A stretch of DNA of 64,000 nt from Bacillota bacterium (GTDB lineage Bacteria; Bacillota; Ch66; Ch109): assembly GCA_050952625.1 (NCBI GenBank), contig JBMNLH010000004.1:1-64000 (forward strand), given 5' to 3'. A model generated the notes under the pieces. The model ran no database searches, was not told the origin of the DNA, and saw only the letters and a program-made list of their open reading frames with translations. This document shows, piece after piece, positions 30,736 to 40,161 of this stretch (within the stretch, counting starts at the first letter, position 1; every line of letters starts with the position of its first letter). The translations under genes were made by a program, and so were the position numbers.

Positions 30736-31869
30736 ATGCGATGCCAGGAGATCAGAGAACTGTTTTCTCCCTGGTTGGATGGACAACTTAATCCGCCGGA
30801 GGCTGAACTTCTAGAAGCCCACTTGGCTGAATGCGCCGAATGTCGGGACGAACTGGTCCAGTGGCAGCAGATTTCTAATGCCTTGAAGTCAATCGGTCAA
30901 GAGACGGAGCACCTCCAAGCCCCGGCTGGCTTTGAGGCCCAAGTCATGCAGCAGGTGTCCCGGGCAGCTCAGCGACGACACTGGCTGAACAATACGCTAC
31001 GTAAGCTGGTGGCCACGGCAGCGGCATTTGCTCTACTGGCCTATGGCTCGCTAGAACTGGCCCCGCGCGTTTTCAATGGTGACCCGATCAGCAAGATCGC
31101 GGACCAGGGAACACCGGGTCAGCCGCCTGAAGGAAATACCGGACCGTTAACTCCGTCAGATCAAGGCAATCCACCAGGCAATAATATTAATCCCGGCAGC
31201 ACTGGTTCCGATTTTACTCCAAATAATCCAGACCCGGAGGCAAACAACTCGGCTCCCCCGACGAATGCAAACCCTCCAGCAACTGAAGAGCCTCTGGTTG
31301 AAGAGCCTCTGGCACCAACAGATGCTTCCGAGGGAAACACGGACACACCAAACATGGATAGCAACCCTAGTCAACCCGAAAACAACTTTTCCATGGCTAG
31401 GGCTGACACCCAATTCAAGGAGCCAATGGTCTTTTTGAATAAGGAGCGGACGATTACCAGCACCTTACTGCGCTTAAAGGTGGGAGATCTGGCGGCAGCC
31501 CAGAGTAAGGCCCAAGCGGTTGGTCAAGAGATGGGGGCGCAGTCCAAGGTTTTCGCGGTGCAGTCTAGCGGGGAAGGTCAACGAGCGATTATTCGATTCG
31601 TGGTTCCCCGGGCGAAAGCGAGTGACTTTATTGCGCAGTTAGCCAGTTCGGGCAGTGTCCTGGAACGGCAGGATGAGAATCAGAATATCACCCAACGTTT
31701 TACGGAGACCTTGGAGCAGTACCGCGCCTTGGTGGCTCAGTTAAACGAAAGCCAGAACCAGCAGCAAAAGACGCAGCTTAATGAGCAAATCAAGTCTTTA
31801 GAGCAGCAGCTTCTGGCCTGGGATGAGGAAGCGGATGACCAGATCATCATGCTGTCTTTGGAAACGTAG
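30736..31869 (+). CDS. Zinc-finger (HxxxCxxC) anti-sigma factor with P/N-rich linker and DUF4349-like extracellular domain
   Basis: MRCQEIRELFSPWLDGQL..HLAECAEC, single TM helix, disordered linker, C-terminal ferredoxin-like and coiled-coil region. Confidence 0.88.
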   Translation: MRCQEIRELFSPWLDGQLNPPEAELLEAHLAECAECRDELVQWQQISNALKSIGQETEHLQAPAGFEAQVMQQVSRAAQRRHWLNNTLRKLVATAAAFALLAYGSLELAPRVFNGDPISKIADQGTPGQPPEGNTGPLTPSDQGNPPGNNINPGSTGSDFTPNNPDPEANNSAPPTNANPPATEEPLVEEPLAPTDASEGNTDTPNMDSNPSQPENNFSMARADTQFKEPMVFLNKERTITSTLLRLKVGDLAAAQSKAQAVGQEMGAQSKVFAVQSSGEGQRAIIRFVVPRAKASDFIAQLASSGSVLERQDENQNITQRFTETLEQYRALVAQLNESQNQQQKTQLNEQIKSLEQQLLAWDEEADDQIIMLSLET

Positions 31870-31935
31870 GTTATTAAGCCGTGAAACATAAAACGTAAAA
31901 CGAGCGTCAAAGGTTTGTCCCCATATTCGAAATCT

Positions 31936-31970
31936 AACACCCATCTGCTAAGGTAGGTGGGTGTTCTATT
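31936..31970 (+). terminator. Terminator of the sigma/anti-sigma operon
   Basis: aacacccatctgc-taag-gtaggtgggtgtt hairpin followed by a T-rich tail. Confidence 0.7.
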
Positions 31971-32045
31971 TAATCTAACAATTGTTGTATAAAAAAACAG
32001 GGGGGGATTCTTAACTCAGGTAAAGTTAACGTACAACAAAGGGGT

Positions 32046-32154
32046 CCGTTCAAGGACCCCTCTGCTTTCTTCTTACTACGACATGATCGGTAGATCGCAT
32101 AGACTCTTGATCGCGGGCCGTTCAAGGACCCCTTTGCTTTCTTCTTACTACGAC
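32046..32154. repeat. Two 37-bp direct repeats separated by 35 bp
   Basis: CCGTTCAAGGACCCCTYTGCTTTCTTCTTACTACGAC at 32046-32082 and 32118-32154 (one mismatch). Confidence 0.85.
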
Positions 32155-32256
32155 TCACTCCGACTTACTCTGATTTACTTGCCTTTACCGCTTTGCCCCG
32201 TCATTTCACTTATTCGCTTACTCCTTGTCCCGCTTCTCCTCTTGCTCCTTTTCATG

Positions 32257-35200
32257 CTACTCTACACCTTCCAGCAACCGATAGAAGGCAGCTACCGCCT
32301 CCGCCCGGGTAGCCAGGGCGTGGGGCTGGAATAGTCCTGGTCTGATCTCTTCCATCAGTCCCCGCTCTACCACCTGCTGGATGGCGTTTCTTGCCCAGTG
32401 GGGGAGGCCGGCTAGATCAGTTAATGCTGGAACATCAGTTAACACCGGAGCAGCTTGCCCTTGACTTGGCTTGGTCATGGCATTGCCATTACCATTTGGG
32501 ACAACTGGTTCACGGCTGGCCGGTTGCTCCAACTGCTCTAATTGGTTAAGCAGCCGCGATACGACCACCGCCAGCTGACTGCGGGTGACCGGCTCGCCTG
32601 GTCGGAAGGTATTATCCGAGTAGCCCACTATCAATCCCAGCTCCTGGACCGCGACCACAGCACTCTGCGCCCAGGCCGGAATGGCCTCCTTATCCTGATA
32701 GTTGATTTCGCTGGTCAGCTTATCCGGCCAGCCGACTAAGCGGACCAGTAAACTGGCTAGTTCCGCCCGATTAATTGACTGGTCCGGTCGGAAAGTGCCA
32801 TCCAGGTACCCGCTCAAGGTGCCCCGACGGTTCAAGGCAGCGATATATTTGGCCGCCCAGTGGCCTTCAATGTCGGTAAAACCATAGGGCTGAAGTTGGT
32901 TAAATTCAATCTGGCATCCCTGCACCCCGCCGTTTCGACTATCCAGGGCCACCACCTGGGCCCCGGTTTCCCCGGCTTCGCGCTCGAAATACCAGACAAA
33001 GTAGCCCTCTCCGCCCACCGGGATCTTTTCCCGCTGCCCATCGGCCCGGTAGAGGTAAAGCCGATCCGCGCTGGTGTTACCGGTTATCCGCACAATGTTT
33101 TCCTGTTTTTGCGCCAAAACCTCCAGCCGTGGGGCAGGGATTCCCGGGCTGGTCTCGACCTCGACAGCGGTCAGGGCTGGCGGCCAGGGAGCCAGACCCT
33201 GGAGCCAACTAAGTCGCGCCCTTTCACCGGCGACTAGATCTTCCAGCCCAACGCGATAGCCATCCTTCGTGATTAAGGTAGACGGACTGACTGAAGCGTG
33301 GGTCCCATCCGCGAAGGAAAGCTGCCCCTGTGCGGTATTGATGCCAGCAATCACCCGTTCTTCTTCCCGGGCTGGTTCAGCCAGATCCAGCCGCCAGATT
33401 TCGTCATTGCCGGGCTGGGTCGTCAATCTTACCCAGAGGCCGGATTGCAAGGCACTGGGCTCAACCTGCAGCCCCCACCGGTAAATCTGCGTTTCGTCGG
33501 TTAACCGGTAGGTGGCGAAATGGTTTAAGTGATCCGCCAGGTACAGGGTCTGTTGTTTTTCACTCCAGTAAATGATCCGGCCAAAGGTAACTGAACTGTT
33601 GGCGGTCAAGTGGATTATTTGCGGCGCGGCCCCGGCTGCTGAACCGGGGATGGTCACCGCCATCACGTAATCTCCTGGCCGCAGGTCGCTAAGCGAGACT
33701 TCCTGGCGGTCACGGATAACGGCTGCGCCCTCAAGGACGGTAAACCGGGTGCCGGATTCTAACCGAAGCTGGCGAGTAGTCGGCTCAACCTCGATCACCC
33801 GACCAAGGGCTAATTCCCGCTGCAAAGCCAGGTATTGCACTTGCCGGATGGTGGGGGACAAGACAAGGCGCACCGACATCCCCGGGAGCACCTGTTCCAG
33901 GCTGGCGGCACCGCCACCGCCAAAAGCCGCGTCCGTGGCCCCGGCATCAATAATCCGGTCCGCGAGCGTAATCGCCGCCCGATCGGCTAATTGATAAGGC
34001 TGGCTCTGGTTGATTAACCAGATTTGTCTGGTTTCCCGGTCTACTTTTTGGACCAGACCCTTTACTTCCTGGTAACCGATCGCCACCTGCCATAAGGTCA
34101 GGCTCGCCGGATTCAGGGAACCGAAGACCTCGCCCCCGGCCGGGATTTTTTCAACCTCGGAGACTTCGGTTTCGTTAACCTTGACCGTCTGGTCCGCGGC
34201 TGGATCCAGATAAAAACCCCCTTCGCGGCTGGCGGTATCAATCTCCATAAACAGCGGTCCTTGACTGGTCGGCAGGGCTTGGATTCCACCAGCCCGCCAG
34301 GTTCGGTCAATCAAGTAAGCAGAACGGGAAGTCTGGTACAACTGTGCCCCGGGCAGTGTCTGGGCCGGCTTTCCGGTTGTTAGCTGACCATCCCGCACCA
34401 ATTTAACGCCCGCCGCGGGGAGGTCAACCTGTTTTCCTCCGGCTAAGACCGCCTGCCCTGAGTTCGTAACCCGCTCCACAGTTCCTTCAGCGACCGGTTG
34501 GCCGAAGACCAGGGCGAAATCCTGGGCCATTCGCTTATGCCCGGTTGTGGTAGCCGGTACCTGGACGCGGCGACCGATGACTTGGAGGCGGTATTCGCCG
34601 GCAGCTGCTTCCGGGATAAACACCTGCTCTACATTGTTTCGCGTATCCGGTTGATTGCCGTTATTTAAGTTAGCGTTGCCCCAGTATTCCTCACCCTTCG
34701 GACCAATCACCACCAGATCCAGGTCATTGACTAAAGCAGTGCTACGGCCGGCAGAGGCAGCCGGGTCGCTCCAGACCAGGGTGGCTTTAAAAGGCCGACC
34801 ATCCTGCTCAACCTGCCAGCGGTATTCCAGGGATTGTTCGGCTTCGACGCCTTCCCTGGCCTCAACATATTGGAAGGAGTCTTCCTTGAGAGCCAGCACT
34901 GTGCCCGTCAAGTCCAGGACGCCGAAGCCTTCGGCATAATTGGCCCCGCCAGCCGGTAGCCGCGCTCCGTTAATCAAAGAGGCTTTCAATAAGGCGGCGG
35001 ACGGGTTGGGTACTTTTTCGCCGACTTGAAACCACTCCCGCAGCAGGGCAGTCGCTCCCCCGGCGACAGCGGCTCCCATACTGCTGCCGCTCATTTGGGT
35101 GTAGAGGGGATTGCCGGCAAAATTGCTTTCCACCAGGCTGGAACAAGCCGAGATAATGGCAGAACCCGGGGCGACTAGATCGGGTTTAATGCGGCCATCG

Positions 35201-36066
35201 CCAGCCGGCCCGCGACTGGAAAAACCGGCCACCTTCGCGGCATCAACTGCCTCTGGACTTAAGGCCGGACGGACGCTCTGACTGGCGCCCACAACCAGGG
35301 CGTTTTTGCTGTTCGCCTCGGTGGTAAGGGACCGACTGGTCGGTCCCTTGTTACCGGCCGCCACAATCGGCAGAAAATCGGGATATCGTCGGACAAAGTC
35401 ATCAATCTGGGCGGTGCTGGTACCGTAGGTGTTATTGCCGCCGCCCCAACCGTTGATATGTACACGCACCCCGGCGGAGTAGGCCGGGTAAAACAGTTGC
35501 TGCAAATCAGCCGGGGGTTCCAGCTTGGTCCCCCCGTCCAGCAAGGCCTGAAAGTAAAGACTGGCCCCGGGAGCAATGCCTTGCCACTTTCCCTCAGAGG
35601 CGGCACCGGTACCAACGACGGTCGCGGCCATGTGGGTCCCGTGACCCAGGGGGTCGTCCGGCACAGCTCGTCCAGCCCAGGACTTGAGCAGCACTACCTT
35701 GGGCATCTGACCGGGCACACTCTGGAGATCCGGGTGAAGATCGTTCAGATTGCCGGTATCTAAGCCGCTGTCCGCCAAACCAATAATCTGCCCCTTGCCG
35801 GTCAACCCGGTTGAGGTGGCTAATCCCTTGGCCGCTAGCGGCCGAGTGCTGATAATATCAGCGGCCCGGTCATTGAGGAACCGGGCCGTTTTATTTTCGA
35901 GTGCGGCACCCTTGATCCCCAACCAATTTAAGACGAGCAGGCAAACTGTCAGACTGGTCAACCAGAACAGGGTTAACCAACGACTGCGTCGCTGGGGACG
36001 CCAGGGACGAAGGTAACGAAGGTAACGAAGGTAACGAAGGTAACAAAGGTAACGCATAAAAACCAT
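32257..36066 (-). CDS. S8 subtilisin-family serine protease (KP-43-like) with repeated beta domains and C-terminal SLH repeats
   Basis: Catalytic triad ADSG / HGTHMA / SGSSMG, AAGN oxyanion motif, FSSRGP..GRIKPDLVAPG, LVNDLDL..NNVEQV, three SLH repeats. Confidence 0.93.
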   Translation of the reverse strand: MVFMRYLCYLRYLRYLRYLRPWRPQRRSRWLTLFWLTSLTVCLLVLNWLGIKGAALENKTARFLNDRAADIISTRPLAAKGLATSTGLTGKGQIIGLADSGLDTGNLNDLHPDLQSVPGQMPKVVLLKSWAGRAVPDDPLGHGTHMAATVVGTGAASEGKWQGIAPGASLYFQALLDGGTKLEPPADLQQLFYPAYSAGVRVHINGWGGGNNTYGTSTAQIDDFVRRYPDFLPIVAAGNKGPTSRSLTTEANSKNALVVGASQSVRPALSPEAVDAAKVAGFSSRGPAGDGRIKPDLVAPGSAIISACSSLVESNFAGNPLYTQMSGSSMGAAVAGGATALLREWFQVGEKVPNPSAALLKASLINGARLPAGGANYAEGFGVLDLTGTVLALKEDSFQYVEAREGVEAEQSLEYRWQVEQDGRPFKATLVWSDPAASAGRSTALVNDLDLVVIGPKGEEYWGNANLNNGNQPDTRNNVEQVFIPEAAAGEYRLQVIGRRVQVPATTTGHKRMAQDFALVFGQPVAEGTVERVTNSGQAVLAGGKQVDLPAAGVKLVRDGQLTTGKPAQTLPGAQLYQTSRSAYLIDRTWRAGGIQALPTSQGPLFMEIDTASREGGFYLDPAADQTVKVNETEVSEVEKIPAGGEVFGSLNPASLTLWQVAIGYQEVKGLVQKVDRETRQIWLINQSQPYQLADRAAITLADRIIDAGATDAAFGGGGAASLEQVLPGMSVRLVLSPTIRQVQYLALQRELALGRVIEVEPTTRQLRLESGTRFTVLEGAAVIRDRQEVSLSDLRPGDYVMAVTIPGSAAGAAPQIIHLTANSSVTFGRIIYWSEKQQTLYLADHLNHFATYRLTDETQIYRWGLQVEPSALQSGLWVRLTTQPGNDEIWRLDLAEPAREEERVIAGINTAQGQLSFADGTHASVSPSTLITKDGYRVGLEDLVAGERARLSWLQGLAPWPPALTAVEVETSPGIPAPRLEVLAQKQENIVRITGNTSADRLYLYRADGQREKIPVGGEGYFVWYFEREAGETGAQVVALDSRNGGVQGCQIEFNQLQPYGFTDIEGHWAAKYIAALNRRGTLSGYLDGTFRPDQSINRAELASLLVRLVGWPDKLTSEINYQDKEAIPAWAQSAVVAVQELGLIVGYSDNTFRPGEPVTRSQLAVVVSRLLNQLEQLEQPASREPVVPNGNGNAMTKPSQGQAAPVLTDVPALTDLAGLPHWARNAIQQVVERGLMEEIRPGLFQPHALATRAEAVAAFYRLLEGVE
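36007..36057. repeat. In-frame 9-bp tandem repeat encoding (RYL)n in the signal-peptide n-region
   Basis: About five copies of acgaaggta on the + strand. Confidence 0.85.
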
Positions 36067-36440
36067 AACTTCTCCTCTTCGCCGTCATATTTCTGAATCC
36101 AGGCGGGAATCTAGCGAAGCCTTATGGATTTTGGGTCACCCGCCCCCTCTTGGTTTTCAACGTTTAGAACTTACTAAAAGATATGGGTTCGCGGATAATT
36201 CTTGGATTTAACAATTCAGATTCAGATTTAACAATTCGGTTTACTTGGCGCTGTTTTTAACTGCCTGGCGGTATTCTCCCGATGATTTTTCTAATCCTTC
36301 GATTGAGCAGCTTAATCATTATCATCCACTGTAGGATCACCATCATCCACTATAGGGAGGAATAAACCCTGGCAGGGCACCGGTGGGCACGTCACCCTGC
36401 CATCCATCACCCACTATGGAATAAACCGTTCGGGACAACG

Positions 36441-37946
36441 TTAACCATACATCCAGCTCAGTTTCTTCACGACCCGCCGGCCAAACAGGAAGTAGTTGCA
36501 GGCCTTGCGGAGCAACCGAAACGGCAGGGCGTTATTCTCCAGTAGTTTGGTCCGGGTGGCAATAGGCTTAATCAGCTTATACAGGCGCGGAAACTGGGTG
36601 TAGTAGATCAGGTTGATCCAGTACTGACTGCGCCGGTAATTGACCCGCTCATTGCCGTAGAACCAGTACATACTCCGGTACTGCTCCTCCAGGGGCAGGT
36701 TCTGCAGCCGGTCCATTTCAGCCTGGGTAACGACGCCCTGTTTGATGGCCAGGTTGACGATCTCGGTCCCGGGCAGGAAGCTCAGGCCGTGGAGTTGCAG
36801 GGTAAACGGCCGGTGCAGCTGCTCACAGAGTTCCAGGGTTAGCCGAAAGTCTTCTTCTGACTCGAACGGGTGATCCAGGATGAAGTCATAAATCACCTCT
36901 GGCACCTTGGCCTGAGCCAGCACCCGAGTCATTTCGATTATCTCTTCCTGGCTTTCTTTGCGGAAAAAGACCTGCTTTCGGATCCGCGGAGAGCCGCTCT
37001 GAATCCCGATGACGGCCTGAGATAAGCCGACCCCAACCAGGATCTCAATAATCTCCTGGTTTATCCGCAGGGGGTGGCCCCAGATCTGGAAAGGCAAGTT
37101 TATTTCTTGCTTATACCGTGCCGCGAACTCTTTGACCCAGTCCAGATCATCCGGGAAGATTTCGTCCCAGAACAGGACCATGCGCATCCGTTTCATTTTC
37201 TGCTTGGCCTGTTTGAGTTCCTGCATCACGTTGTCCACGCTGCGCAGCCGGACAAACTTCCCTTTGCCCCGGTAAAGTCTTTTCAAACTGAGGCTGCTGC
37301 AGTAGGAGCAGACAAAGGGGCAGCCGCGGGAACAGGTCATTTCATAGGTATGGGTATTGATCTGCGGATCACCGTAATGCAGCCGATCGTGATTAATGTA
37401 GTAAATATTAATACCGCCCAGAGCCGGAAAGGGCAGAGCATCCAGGTTGTTTTCCAGCGGACGGACGTCATTGACGATGGTTTGTCCATCCTGACGGTAA
37501 GCCAGGTTGAGCAGGTGCCGAGGATTCTCACCCCGCTCCAGGTGTTCAACCAACTCCACCAGGGCTTCCTCGCTTTCCCCCCGCAACACCCAGTCAGCGT
37601 GGTCCAGGCTTTCGGCCGGGAAGAGAGTCGGGTAGACGCCGCCCCAGATAATCGGCGTGTCCGGGCCGACACTAGCCCTGATTCGCCGGGTTAGTTCCCG
37701 GGGGGCTTCCAGGTAGAGCGTAGACATTACACTCAGGCCGATGACATCTGGTTTTAGGTCGCGGAGCAGGTTCAGGATGTAGTCGTATTCCTTTTCACTG
37801 GGCTTTTTCATATTGCCGCTTTCAAAGTTTTTGAAGCAAATCAGGTCACAGTCAAAGCCCCGCTCCCGAAGCATGGAAGTTAGGTACCGGACCCCTAATA
37901 CCTTGTAATTATACAGACCGATAAGGGCCACCTTGTAGCGGGCCAT
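36441..37946 (-). CDS. B12-binding domain radical SAM protein (class B methyltransferase-like)
   Basis: PDVIGLS, IIWGGVYPTLFP, RGESE, SRGCPFVCSYC (CxxxCxxC), WDEIF, GIQSGS. Start at ATG 37946 after AAAGGGG. Confidence 0.92.
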   Translation of the reverse strand: MARYKVALIGLYNYKVLGVRYLTSMLRERGFDCDLICFKNFESGNMKKPSEKEYDYILNLLRDLKPDVIGLSVMSTLYLEAPRELTRRIRASVGPDTPIIWGGVYPTLFPAESLDHADWVLRGESEEALVELVEHLERGENPRHLLNLAYRQDGQTIVNDVRPLENNLDALPFPALGGINIYYINHDRLHYGDPQINTHTYEMTCSRGCPFVCSYCSSLSLKRLYRGKGKFVRLRSVDNVMQELKQAKQKMKRMRMVLFWDEIFPDDLDWVKEFAARYKQEINLPFQIWGHPLRINQEIIEILVGVGLSQAVIGIQSGSPRIRKQVFFRKESQEEIIEMTRVLAQAKVPEVIYDFILDHPFESEEDFRLTLELCEQLHRPFTLQLHGLSFLPGTEIVNLAIKQGVVTQAEMDRLQNLPLEEQYRSMYWFYGNERVNYRRSQYWINLIYYTQFPRLYKLIKPIATRTKLLENNALPFRLLRKACNYFLFGRRVVKKLSWMYG

Positions 37947-38033
37947 GGGACAACCCCTTTCGACAGCCACTCTTGAGGCTGTTAGTTTTACTTACGGTAG
38001 GATTTTTAAGGATTTCTTGTCAGATTCTTTAAT

Positions 38034-38143
38034 CTGAATCAAAAGACTCCCGCTTCTATAAGTGGGGGTTACCTTATTTAAACTTCAGGTGGAGTAGAGT
38101 CCCCATCTGAAGCTTGATGTTCAGCGAAGCTGAACGAGTTCAC
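38034..38143 (+). mobile_element. ~108-bp IS200/IS605-like non-autonomous element (best-conserved copy)
   Basis: Three hairpins: ACTCCCGCTTCTATAAGTGGGGGT, CTTCAGGTGG..CCATCTGAAG, GTTCAGCGAAGCTGAAC; ends GAGTTCAC; preceded by TTAAT. Confidence 0.7.
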
Positions 38144-38196
38144 TCTTTATTTGCAGTTTATTTATTTAATTACCAAAAATTGATTTAGTATCGTAT

Positions 38197-38368
38197 TGTT
38201 GCTATGAATAGAACCACTATTCGTTTATCGTGGTGCAGTCAATGCGTGATTAATTCTGAGTGAAGCGAAGAATCTTCCCACGCTGAGAAGTAAGATCCTC
38301 CGCTAATGCTCAGGCTGACATAAGTCCCCTATTTCCATTAGTGGTTGTGCTTAGCGGGCATGGGTGGT
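38197..38368 (-). repeat. REP-like family B element (full copy, minus orientation)
   Basis: Reverse complement matches 21115-21248, 46203-46380 and 11845-11924. Confidence 0.75.
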
Positions 38369-38490
38369 TAAGTAAATATTTGCGTAAGTAAAAAATTAGG
38401 GGAATTGCGTATTCGGCGCATACTTTTTGTGATTTTCTTATTGGTTTATATGATTAACGCCTTGTAAAACGCTTTTGTAACGCCATGTAC

Positions 38491-38554
38491 TAAGCAGTTC
38501 TATCGCTAAACAGTTCTATCGCTAAGCAGCTTTATCGTTAAGCAGCTCTATCAA
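38491..38554. repeat. 16-bp tandem repeat x4 (TAAGCAGYTCTATCGY)
   Basis: Read directly from the sequence. Confidence 0.85.
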
Positions 38555-39094
38555 GGAAGCAAGAGAACCGTCCCCGTGTCTCCGTGTCCCGTGTCCCACT
38601 GAGGCTGCTTCAATTACCTATTATAACATACTTAGCGTCGAAGGTTGACGAACCAATGTTGTCCAGGGCAGGAAAAGGGAAGAACAGAGTTGTTTTCCCG
38701 AGTTTAACACTTCAGCAGAACGAAAATCTCCTGTAACCGTTGATATTACAGGAGATTTTGTATTTATATGGGGGTATAAAATTATAGTTATATAATAGAC
38801 ACCTTATTGATACTATTTTAAGTTGTCTAAGTTCGCTGATGGTTTTGGTTATAATTTGATTTCTACAGTGGACAATACTGGTGTGCTATAATAATGCTGT
38901 GCAGGAAAAAGCTGGAAGGTGGTTGAGCAAACATGCAGGCACAAGTTAGCCCCCAAAAATCTGCCCCTTTAAATAACACTCAACTATCCACCTGGGGAGA
39001 TTACTTGGCTTTACCCGATGATGGTCTAATCGCGTTGTTTTATTGCTGATTTGGCCTGGAAGATCCCGGCCATCCTCAATCTATGATAAAATAA

Positions 39095-40123
39095 ATGAAG
39101 AAACCAATGAACGAACAGAAAAAGGGGGTGGGCCTGATCACGGAAGCAGAATCAGGGGTACCGAGGCAAGATCCCCACCAACATGACAAGGGATACCGGC
39201 AGTTGCTGGCCAACAAAAAAACATTCCTGCAATTGATCAAGTCTTTCGTCAAGGAACCCTGGGTAGAAAACATCAATGAAGAAGCATTAGTTAAACTTGA
39301 CCGCTCCTTTGTCTTGAAGGATTTTACCGACAAGGAAGCCGACATAGTTTATCGTTTAAAAACCAACGATAAAGATATTTTCTTTTATATCCTGCTGGAA
39401 CTGCAATCAAGCGTAGACTTCTTAATGCCATTCCGATTGCTAGTGTACATGGTGCAGTTATGGCTGCATGTTTATCAAAATACTGACAAAGACGAGAGAG
39501 TGCGCAAGGACTACCGTTTACCGGTAATTATCCCGGCGGTCCTCTACAATGGAGCCAATAACTGGACTGCCCCTTTAAGCTTTAAGGAGATGCTGGCCGA
39601 CCATAAATCGTTCGAAAAGCACTTAGTCGATTTTCGGTACATCCTGTTCGATGTAAACAGATACCAAAAAGACGAACTGCTGCAGATGGCCAACTTGATC
39701 TCCAGCATTCTGTTGCTTGACCAAAAGATAAGCAAGGAAGAAATAATCAGCCGGTTATGGCTGATGATTGATACAATTAAGAAAATGTCCCCAGATGAGT
39801 TTCAACAGTTAAAGACTTGGCTGATCAATGTTTTGCTGCCAAGGGTGCCCGAGCAGCAACAAAGGGAAGTTGAGCAGATATTGAAGGAAGGCAATCCCCA
39901 GGAGGTGGTGCAGATGATTCTGAACCTGGAAGTAACCTTGGATGAGATGCAGCAACAGGCAGAGGCTAGAGGTGAGGCTAGAGGCGAGGCCAAGGGTGCG
40001 GAAAGAAAACAAATAGAGATAGCCCGGGCAGCCCTGCGTGAAGGATTTGGGATTGAAGCCATCGCCAAGATAACCGGCCTTACTAAAGAACAAGTAGAAA
40101 AATTAAAGCAAGCGATGAACTGA
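39095..40123 (+). CDS. Rpn/YhgA-like PD-(D/E)XK nuclease (recombination-promoting nuclease / putative transposase family)
   Basis: HDKGYRQLL, EADIVY, YILLELQS, MPFRLLVY, LPVIIPAVLYNG..W; C-terminal EARGEARGEAKG..IAKITGL. Confidence 0.93.
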   Translation: MKKPMNEQKKGVGLITEAESGVPRQDPHQHDKGYRQLLANKKTFLQLIKSFVKEPWVENINEEALVKLDRSFVLKDFTDKEADIVYRLKTNDKDIFFYILLELQSSVDFLMPFRLLVYMVQLWLHVYQNTDKDERVRKDYRLPVIIPAVLYNGANNWTAPLSFKEMLADHKSFEKHLVDFRYILFDVNRYQKDELLQMANLISSILLLDQKISKEEIISRLWLMIDTIKKMSPDEFQQLKTWLINVLLPRVPEQQQREVEQILKEGNPQEVVQMILNLEVTLDEMQQQAEARGEARGEAKGAERKQIEIARAALREGFGIEAIAKITGLTKEQVEKLKQAMN

Positions 40124-40135
40124 TAAAATAGTTAG

Positions 40136-40161
40136 AAATACCGGCTTTGACCGGTATTTTT
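40136..40161 (+). terminator. Terminator after rpn
   Basis: aaataccgg-ctttga-ccggtattttt. Confidence 0.75.

Noticed and set aside
32046-32154. 37-bp repeat / 35-bp spacer / 37-bp repeat as a mini CRISPR array
   Set aside because: Only two repeats, no cas genes and no typical CRISPR repeat end; the core GGGGTCC..GGACCCC hairpin looks like a REP duplication.
38725-38762. aaaatctcctgtaa..ttacaggagatttt as an integration site or RNA gene
   Set aside because: Only a hairpin; no tRNA, integrase or second att copy is visible in the window.
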